Source of the DNA: Aeromonas bestiarum
GTDB lineage: Bacteria; Pseudomonadota; Gammaproteobacteria; Enterobacterales; Aeromonadaceae
Assembly: GCF_000819745.1 (NCBI RefSeq)
Contig: NZ_CDDA01000037.1
Coordinates: 71,744 to 95,743 of the forward strand
Length of the DNA: 24,000 nt
Reading direction: 5' to 3'
Positions 15,083 to 21,120 of the stretch are shown here, piece after piece; position 1 is the first letter of the stretch, and each line of letters begins with the position of its first letter. A program made the translations under genes and the position numbers. The notes beneath the pieces were generated by a model. That model was not told where the DNA came from and ran no database searches. It saw only the letters and a list, made by a program, of their open reading frames with translations.

Positions 15083-15974
15083 GTACGGCAGCCGGGCAGA
15101 GGCGGCGGCGCGCACCGCGACGGTCAGCCGCTGGCTGCCCTTCTCCTGCGTGGACGGGCCGGGCAACCGGCTCGTGCTCTTCCTGCAGGGGTGCAACTTT
15201 CGCTGCCCCGGCTGCCACAACCCGCACACTATCGGCATGTGCGATCACTGCGGTGACTGCGTGCCGGCCTGTCCGAGCGGGGCCCTGACGCTCGTCGAGG
15301 GCAGGGTACGTTGGCAGGCGGCGCTCTGCACCGACTGCGATCGCTGCATCGACGACTGTCCGCGCCATGCCAGCCCCAAGACCAGCCAGATGTCGGTGGC
15401 CGAGGTGCTGGCCCTGCTGCGCCGCTACGGCCCGCTGCTGACCGGCATTACCGTCTCCGGCGGCGAGGCCACCACCCAGCTGCCGTTCGTGATTGCCCTG
15501 TTCACGGCCATCAAGGCAGCGCCGGATCTGGCTCACCTCAGCTGCCTGCTCGACAGCAACGGCTCCCTCGCCGAGCTCGGCTGGCAGCGGCTGCTGCCGG
15601 TACTCGACGGCGCCATGCTCGATCTCAAGGGGTGGCGCGACTCTGTGCATCATAAGCTGACCGGCCATGGCCGCGAGCGGGTGCTGGCCTCGCTGCAACT
15701 GCTGGCAAGCCACGGCAAGCTGGCCGAGCTGCGGCTGCTCCATGTGCCGGGACGCAGCGATTTTCTGGATGCCGATGGCAAGCTGGAGGCGGGCCTGGCC
15801 AGCTTTCTGCAGAGCCTGGGGCCAGTCCCCATTCGCCTCAACGGTTTTCGCCATCACGGGGTGCGCGGGGTGGCGACGAGCTGGCAGGAGGCGGACAGGG
15901 AGGCCTTGACCCGGCTTGCCGCCGAGCTGAGGGAAAGGGGGCTGGGGCCTGTGTCCCTGCCTGCGATCTGCTGA
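15072..15974 (+). CDS. yjjW: YjjW-family glycyl-radical enzyme activating protein (radical SAM)
   Basis: - GTG 15072 is the only in-frame start and overlaps the end of yjjI by 11 nt.
- The radical-SAM cluster motif is GCNFRCPGCHNP (CxxxCxxC).
- There are two ferredoxin-type motifs: CDHCGDCVPACP and CTDCDRCIDDCP.
- GITVSGGEATTQLPFVIALFTAIK and DGAMLDLKGW are colinear with E. coli YjjW as I recall it. Confidence 0.88.
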   Translation: MTTEYGSRAEAAARTATVSRWLPFSCVDGPGNRLVLFLQGCNFRCPGCHNPHTIGMCDHCGDCVPACPSGALTLVEGRVRWQAALCTDCDRCIDDCPRHASPKTSQMSVAEVLALLRRYGPLLTGITVSGGEATTQLPFVIALFTAIKAAPDLAHLSCLLDSNGSLAELGWQRLLPVLDGAMLDLKGWRDSVHHKLTGHGRERVLASLQLLASHGKLAELRLLHVPGRSDFLDADGKLEAGLASFLQSLGPVPIRLNGFRHHGVRGVATSWQEADREALTRLAAELRERGLGPVSLPAIC

Positions 15975-16123
15975 ATGGCTAATCGATGCTAATCAATTGA
16001 TCGAAAAGGTATTTTGTGTTGTTTCCTGGTCGATATCCGGCGAGCAGGCGGCAAGTTTGTGGCCTGGCTCCGGGTTTTGGGCTCTGTGAGTCTCAAGATG
16101 ACGTAACTGTGATTGCTGTCTAT

Positions 16124-16151
16124 TTGAGCTCTGGGAAGGGGCGGCTAGAAT
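16124..16151 (+). promoter_or_regulatory. Candidate sigma70 promoter for the DUF1820-like gene
   Basis: TTGAGC (16124-16129), a 16-nt spacer, then TAGAAT (16146-16151). It lies ~30 nt upstream of ATG 16182. This is a pattern match only. Confidence 0.35.
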
Positions 16152-16181
16152 GGGGCATTCGCCCACCATCAACAGACGAAC

Positions 16182-16505
16182 ATGAGTGAATCCAACGCCT
16201 TATACCGAGTGCAGTTCATTTGTCACAACGAGCGTTACGAAGTCTATGTCAGGGAAGTGAGCCAGGGTCAGCTGTTCGGCTTCATCGAGATAGCGAACTT
16301 CGTGTGGGACACCCACACGGCGCTGATCGTCGATCCCAGCCACGAGAAATTGAAGAGTGAATTTGCCGACGTCAATCGCACCATGATCCCCATGCACCAT
16401 GTGCTGCGGGTCGATCAGGTACGCAAGCAGGGGGCTGCCCGCATCACAGAGCTGGGCAACAACGTCGCTTCCTTTCCCAGCCCCATCTATACCAAGAAGC
16501 CCTGA
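16182..16505 (+). CDS. Small conserved protein, DUF1820-like, function unknown
   Basis: - The 107-aa ORF has host-like codon usage.
- MSESNALYRVQFICHNERYEVYVREVSQGQLFGFIEIANFVW... resembles the YRV.F.....YE.Y...V.Q..L.GF.E opening that I associate with DUF1820 proteins of gammaproteobacteria. This comes from memory and was not searched.
- It is monocistronic, lying between two non-coding gaps. Confidence 0.65.
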   Translation: MSESNALYRVQFICHNERYEVYVREVSQGQLFGFIEIANFVWDTHTALIVDPSHEKLKSEFADVNRTMIPMHHVLRVDQVRKQGAARITELGNNVASFPSPIYTKKP

Positions 16506-16598
16506 GGCTTTCTCCTCTCTGCGAGCCTTGCCATGGGGATCCCGCTGGCGAGGCTCTCTTCTTTTCTCTCCTCTTCGGATCGGTAATGCCTGGGTGCG

Positions 16599-17522
16599 CT
16601 AACCCAGTTCCCGGGCCAGTTGCAGGATCCGCTGGCGGAACCAGCGCCGCGCCGGCTCTTCACCGGCCGGGCCGTACCACACCAGGCTGTGGGTGACGGC
16701 GCCATAGTCGAACGGGACCGGGCGGATCACCAGATCCCGGCTCATGGCCTGCTCGGCCCAGCCTTCGACGGCGGTGAGGATGAGATCGCTCTGGCGCAGC
16801 AGGGTCGCCGCGCTGCCAAAATCCGGCAGGGTGGCGCTGATTTGGCGGCGCACCTGCAACTGGGCCAGGCTCTGCTCGAAGAAGGGGTTGGCCAGCTCCT
16901 GATCGCGAATGGCGATATGGCGCCAGCTCAGGTAGGCATCCAGATCCCAGGGCTTGTCCAGCGCCGGGTGGCCCGCCCGCAACAGGCAGACCAGCTTGTC
17001 TTCCCGCAGCGTCTCCCATACCAGACCCGGTTGGCGGGGCAGGGGCTGGCTCTGATCGTGGGGCAGGATCACGAAGTCGAGCTTGCCCGCCGCCAATGCC
17101 GCCAGCCCCTGTTCATCCTTGTTCCAGATGTCGGGCACCAGGCCGGGCACCTCCCGCATCAGCTGGCCGAGAATAGGGCCCATGGGCCAGACCATGCCGC
17201 TTTCCCGCAGGGCGAATTTCAGTTGTCCCTGCCAGGTGGCGGGGTCGAAACCGCCCTGGCTGGTGAGGCTGTTCAGCTCGCTCAGCAGCCGATGCAGGGT
17301 GGGGCCGAGTCGCTCGGCAAACGGGGTCAGCAACAGCTGGTTGCCCTGGCGGTAGAGCAGCTGATCGGCGAGCAGATCCCGCAACTGGTTGAGGGTCTTG
17401 CTGACGGTGGAGGGGGTGGTGCAGAGCCGCTCGGCTGTGCGGGTGACGCTCTGGCTGTCGAGCAGCAGGTGCAGGGTGACCAGATGGCGGCCACCCAGCC
17501 GGGACAGGGCAATCAGATCCAT
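16599..17522 (-). CDS. LysR-family transcriptional regulator
   Basis: - The ATG at 17522-17520 gives MDLIALSRLGGRHLVTLHLLLDSQSVTRTAERLCTTPSTVSKTLNQLRDLL, a typical LysR winged-HTH domain. It is followed by a ~200-aa substrate-binding-like domain.
- The 41 residues upstream of this start in the ORF-track call (17645) are Cys-rich and precede the HTH, so they are unlikely to be translated. Confidence 0.88.
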   Translation of the reverse strand: MDLIALSRLGGRHLVTLHLLLDSQSVTRTAERLCTTPSTVSKTLNQLRDLLADQLLYRQGNQLLLTPFAERLGPTLHRLLSELNSLTSQGGFDPATWQGQLKFALRESGMVWPMGPILGQLMREVPGLVPDIWNKDEQGLAALAAGKLDFVILPHDQSQPLPRQPGLVWETLREDKLVCLLRAGHPALDKPWDLDAYLSWRHIAIRDQELANPFFEQSLAQLQVRRQISATLPDFGSAATLLRQSDLILTAVEGWAEQAMSRDLVIRPVPFDYGAVTHSLVWYGPAGEEPARRWFRQRILQLARELG

Positions 17523-17639
17523 AGAGACTCCACAAGCGAGACAAGTGCGGGCAGGGGCGGTCGATTGACCCGATGGCGACCCCTCACAGTTACACATGAC
17601 AGTGCAATCAGGTCCATGGCGGCTCCATAAAATCGGGAC

Positions 17640-17670
17640 AAACAAAAAGCCCCGCCGAGGCGGGGCTTGA
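17640..17670 (-). terminator. Rho-independent terminator of tyrB
   Basis: On the minus strand the sequence is aagccccgcc-tc-ggcggggctt followed by tttgtttgt. It begins 6 nt after the tyrB TAA (17676-17678). Confidence 0.7.
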
Positions 17671-17675
17671 GCGGA

Positions 17676-18872
17676 TTAGCCCTTGAGCACGGCGGCCATG
17701 GCATCGGCCACGTAGTCGACGTTGCGGCTGTTGAGGCCCGCCACGCACATGCGACCTGAGCGCACCAGGTAGACGGCGAACTCTTCGCGCAGGCGGTCAA
17801 CCTGCTCTGGCGTGAAGCCGGTGTAGCTGAACATGCCGCGCTGGCTGATAAAGTAGCCAAAATCGCGGCCAGGCACCTTGGCGCTCAGCACCTCGAACAG
17901 CTTCTGGCGCATGGCCTTGATGCGGATGCACATCTCGCCCACCTCGTCGACCCAGAGGGCGTGCAGACTGGCATCGTTCATCACGGCCGCGGTGATTTGG
18001 CCGCCGTGGGTGGGGGGGCTTGAGTAGTTGCGACGCACGGTCGCCTTCATCTGACCCAGCACCCGGCTCGCCTCTTCGGCATCCTTGCAGATGACCGACA
18101 GGCCGCCGCAACGTTCGCCGTAGAAGGAGAGGTTCTTGGAAAACGAGTTGCTGACGAAGAAGCTGACACCGGCGGCCACCATGGCGCGGATGGCGTAGGC
18201 ATCCTCTTCCAGGCCGTCACCGAAGCCCTGATAGGCGATGTCCATGAAAGGAATGAGATTTTTCTCGACCACCAGCGCAATGACCCTGTCCCACTGGGCA
18301 GAGGAGAGATCCACGCCGGTCGGGTTGTGACAGCAGGGGTGCAGCAGCACTATGCTTTTCGCCGGCAGGCTGCTCAGGCAGTCGAGCATGGCATCGAACT
18401 GGACGCCGCTGGTGGCTTCATCGTAGTAGGGGTAGTCGTGCACCTTGATGCCGGCCCCCTCGAACATGGCCTTGTGGTTGTCCCAGGTCGGATTGCTGAC
18501 CCACACCTCCGAGGTCGGGAAGTAGCGCTTGAGCAGGTCGGCGCCGATCTTGAGCGCGCCCGAGCCGCCTATGGTCTGGATGGTGGCGATGCGGCCGGCC
18601 TTGACCGCCTCATGCTCGGCGCCAAACAGCAGGTGCTGCACCGCGGTGCGGTAGTTGGCGGCACCCTCCATCGGCTGATAGGGGCGCGGCGCCGGCGCGG
18701 CGGCGCGTTGGGCTTCTGCCTGCTGCACCGAGGCCAGCAGCGGAATGCGGCCCTGCTCGTCGTAATAGAGGCCGATCCCCAGGTTCACCTTCTGCTCGCG
18801 GGTGTCTTTGTGGAAGGTCTCGACCAGGGTCAGTATGGGGTCGCCAGCGTAGGCATCGACGTGTTCAAACAT
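17676..18872 (-). CDS. tyrB: Aromatic amino acid aminotransferase (class I PLP aminotransferase, TyrB/AspC type)
   Basis: - The 398-aa ORF has aagga 7 nt upstream.
- The N-terminus [44 protein letters not shown] is close to E. coli TyrB ([20 protein letters not shown]...VNLSIGLYY) and more distant from AspC.
- The PLP-lysine region is [17 protein letters not shown]. Confidence 0.9.
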   Translation of the reverse strand: MFEHVDAYAGDPILTLVETFHKDTREQKVNLGIGLYYDEQGRIPLLASVQQAEAQRAAAPAPRPYQPMEGAANYRTAVQHLLFGAEHEAVKAGRIATIQTIGGSGALKIGADLLKRYFPTSEVWVSNPTWDNHKAMFEGAGIKVHDYPYYDEATSGVQFDAMLDCLSSLPAKSIVLLHPCCHNPTGVDLSSAQWDRVIALVVEKNLIPFMDIAYQGFGDGLEEDAYAIRAMVAAGVSFFVSNSFSKNLSFYGERCGGLSVICKDAEEASRVLGQMKATVRRNYSSPPTHGGQITAAVMNDASLHALWVDEVGEMCIRIKAMRQKLFEVLSAKVPGRDFGYFISQRGMFSYTGFTPEQVDRLREEFAVYLVRSGRMCVAGLNSRNVDYVADAMAAVLKG

Positions 18873-19072
18873 GGGGGGTCCTTGCGAAGTGGAATCCAGG
18901 GTAAGGCGATCAACGATCGGCGGTCATGATGGCGTAAAGCGGGCGAGGGCTCAAGTCTGAAACGGACCTGGGATGCCCGGCCGGCCCAGCCCGGCTGTCA
19001 AGCGGCCCGCGCTGCCGACGCGTTTCACCGCAGGCATGCAGGCTGGCTGCCAGCGGGCAGGCGGGGGATCCC

Positions 19073-19348
19073 TTACTTCAGATAGGATCTCAGCACCCGC
19101 ACCACCTGATCCAGATCCTCCAGCCGCTCGGCCGGGGTGGCCTCCTCGGCGCCCAGATGTTCGCGCATATGGCCCTCAAGCACCTCCAGCATCAGGCCGT
19201 TGACGGCGCCGCGGATGGCAGCTATCTGCTGCAAAATGGCGGCGCAGTCACCTTCCTGCTCCAGCGCGCTTTCCAGTGCGCCTGTCTGGCCCTTGATGCG
19301 GCGCACCCGCGCCAGCAGCTTCTTTTTGCCGTGAATGGTGTGTGACAT
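19073..19348 (-). CDS. rcnR: RcnR-type Ni(II)/Co(II)-responsive transcriptional repressor (CsoR/RcnR/FrmR family)
   Basis: - The 91-aa protein MSHTIHGKKKLLARVRRIKGQ...DCAAILQQIAAIRGAVNGLM.EV..GH..EH is nearly colinear with E. coli RcnR as I recall it.
- The RcnR ligand positions His3, Cys35, His60 and His64 are retained.
- It is divergent from a CDF transporter gene. Confidence 0.88.
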   Translation of the reverse strand: MSHTIHGKKKLLARVRRIKGQTGALESALEQEGDCAAILQQIAAIRGAVNGLMLEVLEGHMREHLGAEEATPAERLEDLDQVVRVLRSYLK

Positions 19349-19373
19349 GCAGGATCCTCTCGATCAATAAAAC

Positions 19374-19392
19374 TATACTGGGGTATAGTATA
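19374..19392. promoter_or_regulatory. RcnR-type operator in the rcnR / CDF divergent promoter region
   Basis: TATACT-GGGGTAT-AGTATA is a perfect 6-bp inverted repeat. The core TACT-GGGGTAT-AGTA has the TACT-N7-AGTA architecture, with a G-tract, reported for E. coli RcnR (TACT-G6-N-AGTA). It sits in the 71-bp gap between the two start codons and overlaps tatagt/tatatt -10-like hexamers. Confidence 0.55.
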
Positions 19393-19419
19393 TTGCATTG
19401 TCGCCCTCAGGAGAAATTC

Positions 19420-20376
19420 ATGTCATCCCTCGTCTCATCCCATTGCCATCAACCCGTCGTACACCAGGGCAATCCGCTGGCCGAACAGAAGACCCGCTGG
19501 GCCGTGCTGCTCACCGTCATCATGATGGTGGCGGAGATCAGCGGCGGCTGGTTCTACAACTCAATGGCGCTGCTGGCCGACGGCTGGCACATGAGCTCCC
19601 ACGCGCTGGCGCTCGGTCTCTCGGTGCTGGCCTACCGCGCCGCCCGCCACTTCGCCCGTGACCACAGATTCAGCTTCGGCACCTGGAAGATAGAGGTGCT
19701 TGGCGGCTTCACCAGCGCCCTGCTGCTGGTGGGAGTGGCGGCTCTTATGCTGTTCGAATCTGTGTTCCGGCTGCTGGATCCCAGCCCGATCCACTATCAG
19801 CAGGCCATCGTCATCGCCATCGTCGGCCTGCTGGTGAATCTGGCCTGTGCCTGGCTGCTGAAGGACGATCATGGTCATCACCACGGTCATGACCATGGCC
19901 ATCATCATGATCATCACGGCCACGATCATCATGACCATGCCGACCACCAGGGCCATCAGGATCTGAACCTGCGTGCCGCCTACATCCATGTGCTGGCGGA
20001 TGCGGCCACCTCGGTACTGGCCATACTGGCGCTGGTGGGTGGCATGTGGTGGGGGGCCGACTGGCTGGATCCCCTGATGGGCATAGCGGGCGCCGTGCTG
20101 GTGGCAGTGTGGGCCTGGGGTCTGCTGCGCGACTCGGGCCGGGTGCTGCTGGATGCCGAGATGGATACCCCGCTGGTGGCGGAGATCCGCGAGGTGATAG
20201 CCGAGTTGCCGGAGGCCGAGATCCGCGATCTGCACGTCTGGCGGGTGGGGCAGGAGCAGTATGCCTGCGTGCTCTCCCTGCTGATGGCGGCCCCCATGCC
20301 TGCCCGGGAGATCCGCGAGCGACTCGCCATCCACGAGGAGCTGGTGCACGTCACCATAGAGATTGCCCAGCCCTGA
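19420..20376 (+). CDS. dmeF: Cation diffusion facilitator (CDF) family Co(II)/Ni(II)-type efflux transporter with a His-rich cytoplasmic loop (DmeF-like)
   Basis: - ATG 19420 has aggaga 5 nt upstream.
- It has six TM helices.
- The TM2 motif is DGWHMSSH and the TM5 motif is IHVLAD.
- The His-rich loop is DDHGHHHGHDHGHHHDHHGHDHHDHADHQGHQD, and there is a C-terminal CDF cytoplasmic domain.
- It is paired with an RcnR-like repressor gene, as in described dmeRF loci.
- The portion of the ORF-track call from 19342 overlaps the rcnR start and the operator. Confidence 0.85.
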   Translation: MSSLVSSHCHQPVVHQGNPLAEQKTRWAVLLTVIMMVAEISGGWFYNSMALLADGWHMSSHALALGLSVLAYRAARHFARDHRFSFGTWKIEVLGGFTSALLLVGVAALMLFESVFRLLDPSPIHYQQAIVIAIVGLLVNLACAWLLKDDHGHHHGHDHGHHHDHHGHDHHDHADHQGHQDLNLRAAYIHVLADAATSVLAILALVGGMWWGADWLDPLMGIAGAVLVAVWAWGLLRDSGRVLLDAEMDTPLVAEIREVIAELPEAEIRDLHVWRVGQEQYACVLSLLMAAPMPAREIRERLAIHEELVHVTIEIAQP

Positions 20377-20404
20377 TCATGCCCGGCTGGTCGCACGAGA
20401 CATG

Positions 20405-20428
20405 AAGAAGGGGCCCAGGCCCCTTCTT
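20405..20428. terminator. Shared (bidirectional) terminator hairpin between the convergent CDF transporter gene and the orphan gene
   Basis: aagaagggg-cccagg-ccccttctt is a 9-bp stem. It lies 29 nt after the CDF TGA and 11 nt after the minus-strand gene's stop. The U-tracts are only moderate on both strands. Confidence 0.5.
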
Positions 20429-20438
20429 GTGGTTTGAA

Positions 20439-20849
20439 TCAGTGGTGCTGGCCGTGATCATCGTCCGGCTTGTGCTGCCAGATGGCCCCCAGCAGCAGCT
20501 TGAGCAGCAGCTGGGGCGGGTTGTCCAGCAAGGATCCCGACTCCAGCTGCAGGTGGCCATCGGCCCGAAAGCCCAGGCTGGCGTGGACTGTGCCATCTTC
20601 GCTGCCCACCTGGATGAGACCGCTCAAGGTGCCACGCTCCCCCGGCTGGCAGCGCAGGCGCAGCTCGCGCGGCTCACCCAGCAGGGTGAAGGCCCGGCAG
20701 AGGGGCGGTGTGTCTTCATAGTCGGGCCAGTTGAAGAAGTGGTACTGCTCGGCGAGCACGCCCGCCTGCTGGCAAAATTGGTCAAACAACTGCGCGATCG
20801 CCTGATACTCCTGATCCAGCCGTTTGGCCTGTTCCTCAATTCGCTTCAT
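20439..20849 (-). CDS. Hypothetical cytoplasmic protein, family not recognised, with an acidic/His-rich C-terminal tail
   Basis: - The 136-aa ORF has a strong Shine-Dalgarno sequence (aaggag 8 nt upstream of ATG 20849).
- Codons are G/C-ending, like the host genes.
- It has an N-terminal amphipathic helix (MKRIEEQAKRLDQEYQAIAQLFDQF) and ends ...WQHKPDDDHGQHH.
- It has no signal peptide or TM helix.
- The overlapping plus-strand ORF 20427..20858 has no Shine-Dalgarno sequence and reads as the antisense shadow. Confidence 0.6.
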   Translation of the reverse strand: MKRIEEQAKRLDQEYQAIAQLFDQFCQQAGVLAEQYHFFNWPDYEDTPPLCRAFTLLGEPRELRLRCQPGERGTLSGLIQVGSEDGTVHASLGFRADGHLQLESGSLLDNPPQLLLKLLLGAIWQHKPDDDHGQHH

Positions 20850-21120
20850 ATGCCGTGACTCCTTCTCTATCCACTTGATCGGAAATTGATTTTTCCGGTA
20901 TGGACTCGTCTGTCTGCTGGTATGGGCCGAAAGTGAGGCCGGGTCTGTGAGCCCGATCCAACTTTCGTTATGAAAACGTTATCTTGTTGAAAATGGTTGG
21001 TTTTTTTGCCCTGCTGCTCACATTTGAAACGATTGCCGCTGATTAATATGACACCGCTCGGCAATGACCGGGTACTCGACTATCGAGACTAACTACAGCG
21101 GGAATTATAAAAAAATGGAT

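Noticed and set aside
13499-15857. Minus-strand ORFs 13499..15238 (579 aa) and 14886..15857 (323 aa), antisense to yjjI and yjjW.
   Set aside because: These are shadow ORFs. The plus strand carries the glycyl-radical fingerprint and the radical-SAM and ferredoxin cysteine motifs.
15978-16001. The direct repeat GCTAATC (15978 and 15988) and the 10-bp palindrome ATCAATTGAT (15992-16001) just after the yjjW stop. I considered them as a terminator or a recombination site.
   Set aside because: A palindrome with no loop cannot form a useful RNA hairpin, and no U-tract follows. There is no second copy elsewhere in the window to suggest att or IR ends. The elements are too short to interpret.
16620-17630. 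336-aa plus-strand ORF antisense to the LysR gene.
   Set aside because: This is a shadow ORF. The minus strand encodes a canonical LysR HTH domain.
18873-19072. TyrR boxes (TGTAAA-N6-TTTACA) upstream of tyrB.
   Set aside because: No sequence in the 200-bp region resembles a TyrR box. The region is GC-rich and probably also carries the rcnR 3' end signals.
19864-19962. Repetitive cat/cac/gat/ggt DNA that superficially looks like a tandem repeat.
   Set aside because: It is in frame and encodes the His/Asp/Gly-rich cytoplasmic loop of the CDF transporter. There is no fixed repeat unit and no spacer structure, so it is not a CRISPR array or satellite. The same reasoning applies to the Gly/Ala codon run at about 7386-7430 in the NOX-like gene.
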